From Polynucleobacter sp. (GTDB lineage: Bacteria > Pseudomonadota > Gammaproteobacteria > Burkholderiales > Burkholderiaceae), in NCBI GenBank assembly GCA_024642065.1, contig JAHEBW010000033.1, forward strand, positions 1-25,953: 25,953 nucleotides of DNA, written 5' to 3'. Under the pieces are notes generated by a model, which searched no databases, was not told the origin of the DNA, and was given only the letters and a program-made list of their open reading frames with translations. Each line of letters opens with the position of its first letter. Position 1 is the stretch's first letter. Shown here in pieces: positions 1 to 9,751 of the stretch. A program made the position numbers and the translations under genes.

Positions 1-228
1 GTGGATGATATTTTGGATGAGGTATCCGATAGTCAAACACTTGGGAAAACTGCTGGTAAGGATGCTGCCGCTAATAAACCCACCTTTGTTTCATTGATGG
101 GTTTGAGTGGTGCCCAGGCGTTTGCAAAAGAATTACATCAAGAAGCTATCGATAGTCTTTCAGTTTGGGGCGACAATGCTCACTTATTGAAGTCGATTGC
201 GAACAAAGTGCTGCACCGAGAAAATTAA
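1..228 (+). CDS. ispA: C-terminal fragment of farnesyl diphosphate synthase / polyprenyl synthetase (5' end outside window)
   Basis: Reading frame is open from the window edge. It has the second Asp-rich motif DDILD followed by GKTAGKD...KPTF, typical of the polyprenyl synthetase C-terminus. The stop overlaps the dxs ATG (TAATG, 226-230), and ispA-dxs adjacency is the usual arrangement. Confidence 0.8.
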   Translation: MDDILDEVSDSQTLGKTAGKDAAANKPTFVSLMGLSGAQAFAKELHQEAIDSLSVWGDNAHLLKSIANKVLHREN

Positions 229-2108
229 TGACTGATTTACTAAAAACAATTAATTCACCAAATGATTTGCGTCTCTTAAACCGTGAGCAATTGCCCGGTC
301 TTGCAGAAGAGTTGCGCTCATTTTTGGTCGACTCTGTTGCGCAAACAGGTGGCCACTTATCTTCTAATTTAGGAACTGTTGAATTAACAGTTGCTTTGCA
401 TTACGTATTGCAAACTCCATACGATCGCTTGATCTGGGATGTGGGTCATCAAAGTTACCCCCATAAAATTTTGACGGGTCGACGTGATCGCATGGGTAGC
501 TTGCGTCAGTACGGTGGCATATCTGGTTTCCCTCGTCGTGATGAAAGTGAATACGACACATTTGGTACAGCGCATTCATCAACGAGTATTTCTGCCGCGA
601 TTGGTATGGCGCTTGGCGCAAAAGCTCAGGGCGAAAAAAGAGTGGCTGCAGCTGTCATTGGTGACGGCGCCATGACAGCGGGTATGGCTTTTGAAGCGCT
701 GAATAACGGCGGTATTCATAAAGACTTGCCTCTGGTTGTTATTTTGAATGACAACGACATGTCAATCTCACCAGCGGTGGGTGCTTTGAACCGTTACCTC
801 GCAAGATTGATGAGTGGTCGTTTTTATGCGGCGACTAAAAAAGGTTTGGACAGCATGTTGTCCATTGCGCCACCTTTGAGAGAGTTTGCGAAACGCTTGG
901 AAGAGCATGCCAAAGGCATGGTTGTGCCAGGAACTATTTTTGAAGAATTTGGATTTAATTACATTGGCCCAATTGATGGTCATGATTTGGATTCATTGAT
1001 ACCGACATTAGAAAATGTAAGACGTTTGGCTCTTAATGGTGAGGGTCCTCAGTTCTTGCACGTGGTGACCAAAAAAGGTCAGGGTTACAAGTTGGCTGAG
1101 GCTGATCCAATTTTGTATCACGGCCCCGGAAAGTTTGATCCTGCCCAAGGTATCACGCCATCAGCGCCAACTAAAAAAACTTTCACACAAGTATTTGGAG
1201 ATTGGCTCTGCGATATGGCAGCAGCTGATAAACGTCTTGTTGGTATTACGCCGGCTATGCGTGAAGGTTCAGGCATGGTTGAGTTTGAACGCCGTTTCCC
1301 GGATCGCTATTTTGATGTGGGTATTGCTGAGCAACACGCAGTGACTTTTGCTGGTGGTATGGCTTGTGAAGGTATGAAACCAGTGGTGGCGATTTACTCC
1401 ACCTTCTTGCAGCGTGGTTACGACCAGATGATCCATGATGTGGCCTTACAAGATTTGCCAGTTGTATTTGCATTGGATCGCTCAGGTTTGGTGGGCGCTG
1501 ATGGCGCAACCCATGCGGGCGCCTATGACATTCCTTTTATTCGTTGCATTCCTAATATGTTGTTAATGGCACCAGCTGATGAGGCTGAATGTCGCGACTT
1601 ATTAACAACTGCTTTCAAACAAAATCATCCATCTGCTGTTCGCTACCCGCGTGGTGCTGGTGTGGGTGCTGTTGTTGGTCAAGAACTAAAAGAATTGCCA
1701 TTGGGTAAAGGGGAGGTTCGAAGAACTTCCAAAGGTTTGCACAAGAAGAAAGTAGCGATTTTGGCCTTCGGCACTCTGCTTTACCCAGCTTTAGCAGCAG
1801 CGGAAGAGCTCGATGCAACTGTGGCTAATATGCGTTTTATCAAGCCACTTGATGCTGATTTGGTGGTTCGTCTAGCCAAAGAGCATGATTTGATTGTGAC
1901 CGTTGAGGAAGGTGCTATTGGCGGCGGCGCAGGTAGTGCCTGTTTAGAGGCCCTAGCAGCGGCGGGTGTCCAGGTGCCTTCATTGCTTCTTGGTTTGCCG
2001 GATCGATTTGTCGATCATGGCGATCACGGCTTGCTCATGAAGGAGTGTGGGTTAGATCAAGCGGGGATTGCTAAAGCCATTACTGCCAAACTGGGTAATA
2101 TGGCCTAA
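228..2108 (+). CDS. dxs: 1-deoxy-D-xylulose-5-phosphate synthase
   Basis: 626-aa protein starting [15 protein letters not shown], with [21 protein letters not shown] and the TPP-binding [16 protein letters not shown] motifs. I prefer the ATG at 228 over the track start at 165, which lies inside ispA. Confidence 0.95.
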   Translation: MTDLLKTINSPNDLRLLNREQLPGLAEELRSFLVDSVAQTGGHLSSNLGTVELTVALHYVLQTPYDRLIWDVGHQSYPHKILTGRRDRMGSLRQYGGISGFPRRDESEYDTFGTAHSSTSISAAIGMALGAKAQGEKRVAAAVIGDGAMTAGMAFEALNNGGIHKDLPLVVILNDNDMSISPAVGALNRYLARLMSGRFYAATKKGLDSMLSIAPPLREFAKRLEEHAKGMVVPGTIFEEFGFNYIGPIDGHDLDSLIPTLENVRRLALNGEGPQFLHVVTKKGQGYKLAEADPILYHGPGKFDPAQGITPSAPTKKTFTQVFGDWLCDMAAADKRLVGITPAMREGSGMVEFERRFPDRYFDVGIAEQHAVTFAGGMACEGMKPVVAIYSTFLQRGYDQMIHDVALQDLPVVFALDRSGLVGADGATHAGAYDIPFIRCIPNMLLMAPADEAECRDLLTTAFKQNHPSAVRYPRGAGVGAVVGQELKELPLGKGEVRRTSKGLHKKKVAILAFGTLLYPALAAAEELDATVANMRFIKPLDADLVVRLAKEHDLIVTVEEGAIGGGAGSACLEALAAAGVQVPSLLLGLPDRFVDHGDHGLLMKECGLDQAGIAKAITAKLGNMA

Positions 2109-2150
2109 ATAGCTCTCGAGCGAGCAAACGCCATTAAATTACGTCACAAT

Positions 2151-2978
2151 ATGACTATGAACGATATAAATACAGGTTTTCTAAAAACAGCTGCGATGCC
2201 AGACGTGCAATCCACGGTGGATCATCGGAACATTCCGATTGATCGAGTGGGTATTCGTGGCGTGCGCCATCCTATTCAGGTGAAGACTGAAGGTGGAGTT
2301 CAACCTAGTGTTGCAGTGATCGATTTGGATGTGTCTTTGCCTGGTGATAAAAAAGGCACTCACATGTCTCGTTTCATCGCTTTGCTTCAAGAGCACAACG
2401 AGCCACTAGATGCTAAGCAAATGCGATTGATGGTTGGCAAAATGTTGCCATTGCTAGAAGCGGAAGCCGGTCAGATCTCTTTGAAGTACACACACTTCAT
2501 TAACAAGGTGGCACCAGTTTCAGGTGTGCAAAGTTTGTTGGACTACGACGTGACTTGGATTGCCCAAGCTAAAAAAGTGAATGGCGAAGTAGAAGTAGAT
2601 CTTCACCTTCAGGCTATTGCTCCAGTAACTAGCTTGTGCCCATGCTCTAAACAAATTTCAAATTACGGTGCTCACAATCAACGCTCACATGTCACCATGA
2701 CTGTGGCCTTAACACCAGATGCTGATTTAAGTATTGAGAGTCTTGTAAAGATTGCTGAAGCTGAAGCTTCATGCGAACTATGGGGTTTATTGAAGCGCCC
2801 AGATGAGAAATATGTCACTGAGCGTGCTTATGACAATCCAAAGTTTGTAGAAGATTTAGTTCGTGATGTGGCTGCTCGTTTAAAGACTGACGCAAGAATC
2901 AAAGAGTTTGTGGTTGAAGCTGAAAACTTTGAATCTATTCACAATCACAGTGCTTACGCTTTGATTCGATCAGAGTAA
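2151..2978 (+). CDS. folE2: GTP cyclohydrolase FolE2 (type IB)
   Basis: 275 aa. N-terminal PDVQ...IPIDRVGI and the CPCSK metal-site motif match my memory of FolE2/MptA-family proteins of Burkholderiales. Confidence 0.8.
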   Translation: MTMNDINTGFLKTAAMPDVQSTVDHRNIPIDRVGIRGVRHPIQVKTEGGVQPSVAVIDLDVSLPGDKKGTHMSRFIALLQEHNEPLDAKQMRLMVGKMLPLLEAEAGQISLKYTHFINKVAPVSGVQSLLDYDVTWIAQAKKVNGEVEVDLHLQAIAPVTSLCPCSKQISNYGAHNQRSHVTMTVALTPDADLSIESLVKIAEAEASCELWGLLKRPDEKYVTERAYDNPKFVEDLVRDVAARLKTDARIKEFVVEAENFESIHNHSAYALIRSE

Positions 2979-4037
2979 TTAACTCAGTTGATCTAGGGGC
3001 CACCTAGGTCGAACATCAAATCCCCAATCCTTGCTTGCAAGTTGGGGATTTTTCTTTAGGCGCATCGCTCCTGCAAAGGCAATCATCGCGCCGTTATCTG
3101 TACAAAGATGCAATGGTGGGTAATGAACTGCCACCCCTTCTTTTTGGCAGGCTATTTCAAGTGCTTCACGTAATTGCTCATTAGCACCTACGCCACCTGC
3201 CACCACCAAAGTTTTCATACCTGATTGTTTGAGCGCAGATATTGATTTGCTCACCAAAACCTCAACAATGGCATCTACAAAACCTCTTGCCACGTGAGCT
3301 TTATCTTGATCGCTCAGAGTGCCGGCTTGGCTAATTTTTTTAACTTGTGTGAGAACGGATGTTTTTAAGCCCGCAAATGAAAAGTCCAAATCTCCAGAAT
3401 GTTTCATGGGCCTTGGAAATTGATAGGTGCCAGATGTGCCTTGTTTGGCTAGCGCTGAAACAGCAGGACCGCCTGGGTAACTTAAACCTAATAATTTGGC
3501 CGTCTTGTCAAAAGCTTCGCCAGCAGCATCATCTAAAGTTTCACCAAGAATGGCATATTCACCAACTCCGGTCACTTCCATGAGTTGGGTATGGCCCCCA
3601 GAAACCAATAGAGCCACGAAAGGAAACTGAATATTGGCATTGTTGGCCAATAAAGGCGAAAGTAAGTGGCCTTCTAGGTGATGAATGCCCAAAACGGGCT
3701 TATTGAGGGCTAAAGCTAGACCTTTTGCCACAGAAGCACCCACCAAAAGGGCGCCTGCAAGGCCCGGACCTTGGGTATAAGCGATGGCATCAATCTCTTC
3801 CAGAGTGCTTTTTGACTCTTTAAGTGTTTGATTTATAAGGGGTATAACTCTTTTGATGTGGTCCCGGGAGGCTAATTCGGGTACAACACCACCATAATCC
3901 ACGTGCATAGCGATCTGAGAATAGAGCGCTTGGCCCAGCAAGCCCTTGCCAGCAGGCTCGCCAGCCTCCCAAGGGGAGGTGTCGACAATCGCCACGCCGG
4001 TTTCATCACATGAAGTTTCTATACCAAGTACTCGCAT
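2979..4037 (-). CDS. tsaD: tRNA N6-adenosine threonylcarbamoyltransferase TsaD
   Basis: 352 aa starting [19 protein letters not shown], with HHLEGH and SGGHTQL motifs of the Kae1/TsaD family. Its stop abuts the folE2 stop with no spacer. Confidence 0.95.
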   Translation of the reverse strand: MRVLGIETSCDETGVAIVDTSPWEAGEPAGKGLLGQALYSQIAMHVDYGGVVPELASRDHIKRVIPLINQTLKESKSTLEEIDAIAYTQGPGLAGALLVGASVAKGLALALNKPVLGIHHLEGHLLSPLLANNANIQFPFVALLVSGGHTQLMEVTGVGEYAILGETLDDAAGEAFDKTAKLLGLSYPGGPAVSALAKQGTSGTYQFPRPMKHSGDLDFSFAGLKTSVLTQVKKISQAGTLSDQDKAHVARGFVDAIVEVLVSKSISALKQSGMKTLVVAGGVGANEQLREALEIACQKEGVAVHYPPLHLCTDNGAMIAFAGAMRLKKNPQLASKDWGFDVRPRWPLDQLS

Positions 4038-4052
4038 GACTGTATTTTGCCG

Positions 4053-4061
4053 TGCTACAAT
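4053..4061 (+). promoter_or_regulatory. Candidate extended -10 promoter element (TGcTACAAT) for rpsU
   Basis: TGCTACAAT lies 55 nt upstream of the rpsU ATG in the 78-bp tsaD/rpsU divergent spacer. I found no good -35 element. Confidence 0.3.
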
Positions 4062-4115
4062 CTCGTTTTACAGTTTTTTCTGACTTTTTTTCAGAACCTT
4101 TTAGAGAATCACAGC

Positions 4116-4328
4116 ATGACAACTATCCGCTTACGCGAAAACGAACCATTTGAAGTAGCATTGCGCCGTTTCAAGCGCACTATCGAGAAAAACGGTCTTT
4201 TGACTGAATTACGTGCTCGCGAGTTCTACGAGAAGCCAACAGCTGAGCGCAAGCGCTTGAAAGCTGCTGCTGCAAAACGCCATTACAAGCGTATTCGCAG
4301 CCAGATGTTGCCTAAGAAAATGTATTAA
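4116..4328 (+). CDS. rpsU: 30S ribosomal protein S21
   Basis: 70 aa starting [29 protein letters not shown], the classic S21 sequence. The track ORF start at 4047 (TTG) is an upstream extension. Confidence 0.95.
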   Translation: MTTIRLRENEPFEVALRRFKRTIEKNGLLTELRAREFYEKPTAERKRLKAAAAKRHYKRIRSQMLPKKMY

Positions 4329-4369
4329 TTCTTTCTCAGGCTGGATTTCTAGCCTTGGGATACGATGAA

Positions 4370-4401
4370 CCCACTGACGGTTATCCCGCAGTGGGTTTTT
4401 T
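4370..4401 (+). terminator. Rho-independent terminator downstream of rpsU (internal to the MMS operon)
   Basis: CCCACTG (4370-4376), a 12-nt loop, CAGTGGG (4389-4395), then T6 (4396-4401). Confidence 0.7.
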
Positions 4402-4414
4402 CATTTGAGGAGTG

Positions 4415-4864
4415 ATGATGAGCTTAAAAGAACAAATTACCGAAGATATGAAAAACGCTATGCGCGCCAAAGATACTGGCCGCCTAGGAACCATTCGTTT
4501 ATTGCTAGCAGCAATGAAGCAAAAAGAAGTGGATGAGCGCGTTGAGTTAGATGATGCAGCAGTGATTGCGATTGTTGAAAAACTCATCAAGCAACGTAAA
4601 GATTCGATTTCTCAATTTCAAGCAGCTAAGCGTGATGACTTGGTGGCAATCGAAGAAGCAGAACTAGTTGTGTTGCAAGCGTACATGCCGGCACAAATGT
4701 CTGAGGCTGAGGTGGCTGCTGTAGTTGCACAAGTAGTGCAAGAGTTGGGCGCCACTGGTCCGCAAGATATGGGCAAAGTGATGGGTGTTGTTAAACCTAA
4801 GTTAGCTGGTAAGGCTGACATGGGAACAGTCTCTGCTCAAGTTAAAGCCGCACTTACTAAATAA
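4415..4864 (+). CDS. GatB/YqeY domain-containing protein
   Basis: About 149 aa. MSLKEQITEDMKNAMRAKD...RLLLAAMKQKEVD is typical of the YqeY family. A GAGGAG RBS sits at 4407-4412. The start is ambiguous among GTG 4412, ATG 4415 and ATG 4418. Confidence 0.85.
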   Translation: MMSLKEQITEDMKNAMRAKDTGRLGTIRLLLAAMKQKEVDERVELDDAAVIAIVEKLIKQRKDSISQFQAAKRDDLVAIEEAELVVLQAYMPAQMSEAEVAAVVAQVVQELGATGPQDMGKVMGVVKPKLAGKADMGTVSAQVKAALTK

Positions 4865-4879
4865 TCATTTTTATTAGTC

Positions 4880-6733
4880 ATGATCCCTCAGTCATTTATT
4901 GCTGACTTATTAAACCGCGTCGACATCGTCGAAGTGGTGGGGCGTCATGTCACACTTAAAAAAGCCGGCGCTAATTACCAAGGCTTGTGTCCTTTTCATA
5001 ATGAAAAGTCACCGTCGTTTAGCGTCTCTCCAACGAAACAGTTTTATCACTGTTTTGGATGCGGAGCTCATGGCTCTGCCATCAGTTTTTTAATGGAACA
5101 CTCGGGCTTAACTTATGTTGATGCCATTGAAGAGTTAGCTAGATCATCTGGCTTAACTGTTCCTCGTGAAGAGCGTCGACCACAGGATTTAGCAAGACAA
5201 AAACAAGCGCTCGCATTGAGTGAAGTCATGAGTCCGGCAGCTGATTGGTACAAGCAGCAATTAAAAGCTGCGCCTAGAGCAATTGATTATTTAAAGCGCC
5301 GTGGTTTAAGTGGTGAAATCGCTAAACGATTTGGTCTCGGTTACGCACCAGAATCATGGCAAGGCTTAGAAGCTGTCTTTGGTACTTATGGTGAAGATGC
5401 TATTGCTAATGTTTTAGTTGAAGCTGGTTTGATCATTCAATCAGATGCCAAGCGATACGATCGATTCCGTGATCGCATCATGTTCCCGATTCGTAATCCT
5501 AAAGGCCAGGTGATTGCCTTTGGTGGCCGCATCCTCGATGCGGGAGAGCCTAAATATTTAAATTCACCCGAGACACCATTGTTCTCAAAGGGCAACACAC
5601 TCTATGGTTTGTTTGAAGCCAGACAAGCGATCAGAGACAAAGGTTATGTCATCGTTTGTGAAGGTTATATGGATGTGGTGGCATTGGCGCAGTTAGGTTT
5701 TGCTAATGGTGTTGCTACATTAGGTACTGCTTGCACATCCAATCATGTCAGATCTTTAATGCGCCAATCCGATCGCATTGTGTTTTCATTCGATGGTGAT
5801 GCTGCAGGTCAGCGTGCTGCTAAGCGAGCACTAGAAGCTTGCTTGCCCATGATGGCGGATGACAAAGAAGTGAAATTCTTATTCTTGCCAGAAGAACACG
5901 ACCCAGATAGTTTCGTTCGCGAAAAAGGTGCTGATGCTTTTGAGCAAGCAATCTCTCAAGCAATGCCACTTTCAGCATTCTTCATCCAGGTAGCCAATGA
6001 AGGTCATGATTGGAATACGCCTGAAGGTCGTGCGCAAACTCAACACGACGCAAAGCCATTAATCTTGGCGATGCCAGCGATTGCATTAAGAGCACAACTC
6101 ATCCGTGAGTTGGCGCAAAAAATTGGAATAACACCGGTAGAGTTAGAAAACTTCTGTGGTCTTAAGACTGTCACTGAAAATCGTCCTGCACCGATGATGG
6201 TTAACCCAACTTCGGGTGGTTACATGCAGTCGGCTACTAATACCAACGGCAAAAAACCTTGGAATAAAAAACCAGCGATTCCTAAAGGTCCGCCACCAAC
6301 AGCCCCAACGGATCTCGCAGAACAGATTCTCAGAATATTGTTGCAGTACCCTCAATTAGGACAAGGCTTATCAGTAGAGCAAAAACGTTTAATCCTCGCT
6401 TCTGCCAAAAAACGTTCTGATAAAGCCATGTTTTTGATGGATGACCTCATTCAGCAATGCGAATTAATGCCCCCGAATGTTGGTTTTGCTGTTTTCCAAG
6501 AGCAATTGGATAAAACTGCCTTAGCAAAGTCTTATGCCATCTTGCGTGAACGCATCATGAGTGCTGAATTGAGCGAAGATGCTGCCAAAGAAGACTTTGA
6601 AGGCACCCTAAAAAAGCTTGAGCAACTAGACCTCAAAGAGCAAATGACCGACATTGCCGCTCGGATAGCTTCTGGCCAAGCCGAAGAGAGTGATAAAGCT
6701 CTATATCGGCAATTAATGGCAAAACTTAAATAA
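4880..6733 (+). CDS. dnaG: DNA primase
   Basis: 617 aa with a CHC2 zinc finger (CPFHNEKSPSFSV...YHCFGCGAHG), a TOPRIM region (EGYMDVV, FDGDAAG) and a C-terminal helicase-interaction region. Confidence 0.95.
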   Translation: MIPQSFIADLLNRVDIVEVVGRHVTLKKAGANYQGLCPFHNEKSPSFSVSPTKQFYHCFGCGAHGSAISFLMEHSGLTYVDAIEELARSSGLTVPREERRPQDLARQKQALALSEVMSPAADWYKQQLKAAPRAIDYLKRRGLSGEIAKRFGLGYAPESWQGLEAVFGTYGEDAIANVLVEAGLIIQSDAKRYDRFRDRIMFPIRNPKGQVIAFGGRILDAGEPKYLNSPETPLFSKGNTLYGLFEARQAIRDKGYVIVCEGYMDVVALAQLGFANGVATLGTACTSNHVRSLMRQSDRIVFSFDGDAAGQRAAKRALEACLPMMADDKEVKFLFLPEEHDPDSFVREKGADAFEQAISQAMPLSAFFIQVANEGHDWNTPEGRAQTQHDAKPLILAMPAIALRAQLIRELAQKIGITPVELENFCGLKTVTENRPAPMMVNPTSGGYMQSATNTNGKKPWNKKPAIPKGPPPTAPTDLAEQILRILLQYPQLGQGLSVEQKRLILASAKKRSDKAMFLMDDLIQQCELMPPNVGFAVFQEQLDKTALAKSYAILRERIMSAELSEDAAKEDFEGTLKKLEQLDLKEQMTDIAARIASGQAEESDKALYRQLMAKLK

Positions 6734-6735
6734 TC

Positions 6736-6764
6736 TGGAAAAACCTCAGGTCACCGACTATAAT
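6736..6764 (+). promoter_or_regulatory. Candidate sigma70-type promoter upstream of rpoD
   Basis: TGGAAA (6736-6741), a 17-nt spacer, then TATAAT (6759-6764), 87 nt upstream of the rpoD ATG. Confidence 0.35.
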
Positions 6765-6850
6765 TCAAGGTTTTCGAATTTCCAATAAAATTCAACAAGT
6801 TAGCAGGTCTGTAACTTCTTAGCCCTTAAAGTGAGTGAGTACATAACATT

Positions 6851-9409
6851 ATGTCAGCAACTAAAGCCAAAAAAACGATAACTAAAGCAGTTATTAAAAA
6901 AGTAGCACCTAAGGCAGCTAAATCAGCAAAGCCAGCCCCAAAGAAAGCTCCAGCTAAGGTAGTTAAGAAAGCAGCCCCAGCTGCAAAAAAGCCAGTGGCT
7001 AAGAAGCCAGCTGCTAAAGCGCCAGCTAAGACCCCTGCAAAACCAGTTAAAAAAGCTGCGCCAGTTGCTAAAAAACCTGTGGCTAAAAAGCCAGCAGCTA
7101 AGCCAACAGCTAAAGCCGCAGCAAAACCAGTTAAAAAAGCCGCACCGGTTGCTAAAAAACCAGTAGCGAAGAAGCCCGTAGCTAAAGTTCCAGCAAAACC
7201 AGTTAAAAAAGCTGCTCCGGTTGCCAAAAAACCTGAAGCAAAACCAGCTAAGCCTGTTAAGCCAGCGAAGGCAGAAAAACCAGCGAAAGCAGAAAAGCCA
7301 GTTAAAGAAGTAAAGCTAACTGCTAAAGAAATTAAAGCAGCTAAAAAAGCAGAAGAACTTGCAGCGGCAGCAGCAACAACTGAAGAAGTTGTAGAGCAGC
7401 CAAAGAAAACTCGTGGCCGCAAACCAAAACCAGTTGAGCCAGTTGATCCTAACGTTGATAACCGTACTGATCGACAAAAAGCGCGTGATCGCAAGGCGAA
7501 AGAAAAGGCATTGTTACAAGAGTTCAATGCACAAAAATTAGGTAGCGAAGAACAACAAGAATTACGTCGTGCCCGCTTGAAGCATTTGATCAAGATGGGT
7601 AAGTCACGCGGCTATTTAACGCATGGCGAAATCAATGACGTGATGTCAGATGAAATCTCTGATTCTGATTCATTAGAAACATTGATCAGCTTGTTAAGCG
7701 ACATCAGCATTACTGTTTACGAACAAGCTCCAGATGCAGAAACATTACTACTAAACGAGAACGCACCTTCTGCTACAACAGAAGAAGAGGCTGAAGAAGA
7801 AGCTGAAGCAGCTTTATCAACAGTGGATTCAGAGTTTGGTCGTACAACTGATCCAGTTCGTATGTATATGCGCGAAATGGGTACGGTTGACCTTCTAACT
7901 CGTGAAGGCGAAATCGTTATTGCTAAAAAGATCGAAGCTGGTCTAAAAGAAATGGTGATGGCGCTGTCAGCATGCCCAGTAACTATTTCTGAGATTTTAG
8001 ATAACGTTACAAAAATTGAAGAAGGAACGATGGAGATCGACGAGTTTGTCGATGGTCTAGTAGATCCTAACGCTGAAGACATCCCAATGACTGCTGTTGA
8101 GGAAGAAGAAAACCTTGACGAAGAAGAGGGTGAAGAAGACGGCGAAGAAGGCGGTGGCGGCGGTGGTGGTAACACTGCTTCAGCTAAACAGTTAGAAGAA
8201 TTAAAGCAACTTTCATTAGTGAAGTTTGCTGTGATTCGTGCGCAATTCGACAAGATGCGTAAAGCCCACGAAAAAGAAGGCTATAACTCACCAGCATACA
8301 AAAAAGCACAGGAAGCGATTCGTAATGAATTAATGGGCTTCCGCTTAACAGCGAAATCAGTTGAAAAACTTTGTGACACGATGCGCAAGCAAGTCGATCA
8401 AGTTTGGGCACTAGAGCGTGGCTTAGTTCGTATCCTTGTGGACAAAGTAGGAGTTCCACGTGGTGAAGTACTAGCTGGCTTGCCTAAGAATGCATTGAAC
8501 TTGAAGTGGACTTTATTGTTATTGAAAGACGGTAAATCTTACGCAGCTATCCTAGAGCGTAACGTGCCAGCTGTTCAAGAAATGCAACAAAAGTTAATTG
8601 ATATTCAAGATAAAGTTGTTTTGCCACTTCCAGAATTAAAAGAAGTGAACAAAAAGATGAACGAGGGTGAAAAGCGCGCTCGTGCAGCTAAACGCGAAAT
8701 GACAGTAGCCAACTTACGTTTGGTTATTTCTATTGCTAAAAAGTACACCAACCGTGGCTTGCAGTTCTTGGATTTGATCCAAGAAGGCAATATCGGCTTG
8801 ATGAAAGCAGTAGATAAGTTTGAATACCGTCGTGGTTATAAGTTCTCAACTTATGCAACATGGTGGATCCGTCAGGCTATTACGCGTTCAATCGCCGACC
8901 AAGCTCGTACGATCCGTATCCCAGTTCATATGATTGAAACAATCAACAAGATGAACCGTATCAGCCGTCAAATTCTTCAAGAGACTGGTGTTGAGCCAGA
9001 TGCAGCTACTCTTGCAGCGAAGATGGAAATTCCAGAAGACAAGATTCGCAAGATCATGAAGATCGCTAAAGAGCCTATCTCTATGGAAACTCCAATTGGC
9101 GATGATGCAGACTCAAATCTTGGTGACTTCATTGAAGACACCAATACATTGGCGCCACAAGAAGCTGCATTGCATGACTCAATGCGTGATGTAGTCAAAG
9201 ACATTCTTGATTCATTAACGCCACGTGAAGCTAAAGTTCTCAGAATGCGTTTCGGTATCGAAATGAGTACTGACCATACTTTAGAAGAAGTAGGTAAACA
9301 GTTTGACGTTACGCGCGAGCGCATTCGTCAAATAGAAGCCAAAGCTTTGCGTAAAATGCGTCATCCAAGCAGAAGCGACAAACTTAAGAGCTTCTTAGAG
9401 GAAGATTAA
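6851..9409 (+). CDS. rpoD: RNA polymerase primary sigma factor RpoD with a long Lys/Ala/Pro-rich N-terminal extension
   Basis: 852 aa. Regions 2-4 are unmistakable ([59 protein letters not shown]; [30 protein letters not shown]). Region 1.1 ([20 protein letters not shown]) only begins near residue 240. Confidence 0.97.
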   Translation: MSATKAKKTITKAVIKKVAPKAAKSAKPAPKKAPAKVVKKAAPAAKKPVAKKPAAKAPAKTPAKPVKKAAPVAKKPVAKKPAAKPTAKAAAKPVKKAAPVAKKPVAKKPVAKVPAKPVKKAAPVAKKPEAKPAKPVKPAKAEKPAKAEKPVKEVKLTAKEIKAAKKAEELAAAAATTEEVVEQPKKTRGRKPKPVEPVDPNVDNRTDRQKARDRKAKEKALLQEFNAQKLGSEEQQELRRARLKHLIKMGKSRGYLTHGEINDVMSDEISDSDSLETLISLLSDISITVYEQAPDAETLLLNENAPSATTEEEAEEEAEAALSTVDSEFGRTTDPVRMYMREMGTVDLLTREGEIVIAKKIEAGLKEMVMALSACPVTISEILDNVTKIEEGTMEIDEFVDGLVDPNAEDIPMTAVEEEENLDEEEGEEDGEEGGGGGGGNTASAKQLEELKQLSLVKFAVIRAQFDKMRKAHEKEGYNSPAYKKAQEAIRNELMGFRLTAKSVEKLCDTMRKQVDQVWALERGLVRILVDKVGVPRGEVLAGLPKNALNLKWTLLLLKDGKSYAAILERNVPAVQEMQQKLIDIQDKVVLPLPELKEVNKKMNEGEKRARAAKREMTVANLRLVISIAKKYTNRGLQFLDLIQEGNIGLMKAVDKFEYRRGYKFSTYATWWIRQAITRSIADQARTIRIPVHMIETINKMNRISRQILQETGVEPDAATLAAKMEIPEDKIRKIMKIAKEPISMETPIGDDADSNLGDFIEDTNTLAPQEAALHDSMRDVVKDILDSLTPREAKVLRMRFGIEMSTDHTLEEVGKQFDVTRERIRQIEAKALRKMRHPSRSDKLKSFLEED
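6863..7322 (+). repeat. Low-complexity coding repeats ([18 protein letters not shown] units) inside rpoD
   Basis: The unit aaaccagttaaaaaagc(t/c)gc(g/a/t)cc(a/g)gttgc(t/c)aaaaaacc recurs at 7040, 7124 and 7196 (periods 84 and 72 nt). It is embedded in about 460 nt of Lys/Ala/Pro codons. Confidence 0.85.
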
Positions 9410-9455
9410 TCCATAAGGGCCCTTAGCTCAGTTGGTTAGAGCAGAGGACTCATAA
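9353..9455 (+). repeat. Left 103-bp direct repeat (attL): rpoD 3' end, 7-nt spacer and 5' half of the tRNA
   Basis: Aligns without gaps to 15132-15234. The only mismatches are at 9385, 9408 and 9412. Confidence 0.95.
9417..9455 (+). pseudogene. Truncated tRNA(CAU) remnant: 5' 39 nt, ending in the anticodon loop
   Basis: GGGCCCTTAGCTCAGTTGGTTAGAGCAGAGGACTCATAA is identical to the first 39 nt of the complete tRNA at 15196. The sequence diverges immediately after CATAA. Confidence 0.95.
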
Positions 9456-9467
9456 AATTGGAGTAGA

Positions 9468-9525
9468 GGACTAATACAGTTTTGCGACATTGGTTTAAGC
9501 ATAGCAAAATTTATTAGTCCTTTTT
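9468..9525 (+). terminator. Long hairpin plus T5; candidate island-supplied terminator for rpoD read-through
   Basis: GGACTAATA (9468-9476) pairs with TATTAGTCC (9512-9520). After a bulged C77, AGTTTTGC (9478-9485) pairs with GCAAAATT (9504-9511), including one G-T pair. The loop is 18 nt, followed by TTTTT (9521-9525). Confidence 0.45.
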
Positions 9526-9751
9526 ACATCTACTTTGTTTTTACTCTGTGGCTTTTTGACTACAGCAGTTGGCATCTACAGTCGCGTAAAAAATAAAATG
9601 ACAGCACACTAGCGTGTATGTTATTACTTAAAGAACTTTTCATACAACAGCACAACGCTGACAACAACGCAAATCAAAAAAAAAAGCAGTAGGCGGCAAA
9701 GCCACGCTGTACAAGCGTCCAGAGTCATCGTGTTGGCAAGTACGCTTTAAG

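Noticed and set aside
165-227. Upstream extensions of several track ORFs (dxs from 165, rpsU from 4047, amidohydrolase to 18674, phasin from 18662, GGDEF from 20921, barrel protein from 23160, small membrane protein from 24113)
   Set aside because: In each case the extension overlaps the neighbouring gene or uses TTG or GTG. An internal ATG or GTG gives the canonical N-terminus (conserved start, signal peptide or RBS). The shorter coordinates are used in the feature list.
6826-7593. 255-aa minus-strand ORF (Ala/Gly/Phe/Leu-rich) opposite the start of rpoD
   Set aside because: It is the antisense reading of the Lys/Ala/Pro codon repeats (AAA/GCT/CCA read backwards avoid stops). It has low-complexity composition and fully overlaps an unmistakable essential gene.
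7717-8253. 178-aa minus-strand ORF rich in Ser/Pro inside rpoD
   Set aside because: It is antisense to the acidic GAA/GAG-rich region of rpoD. This is a compositional artefact with no independent signals.
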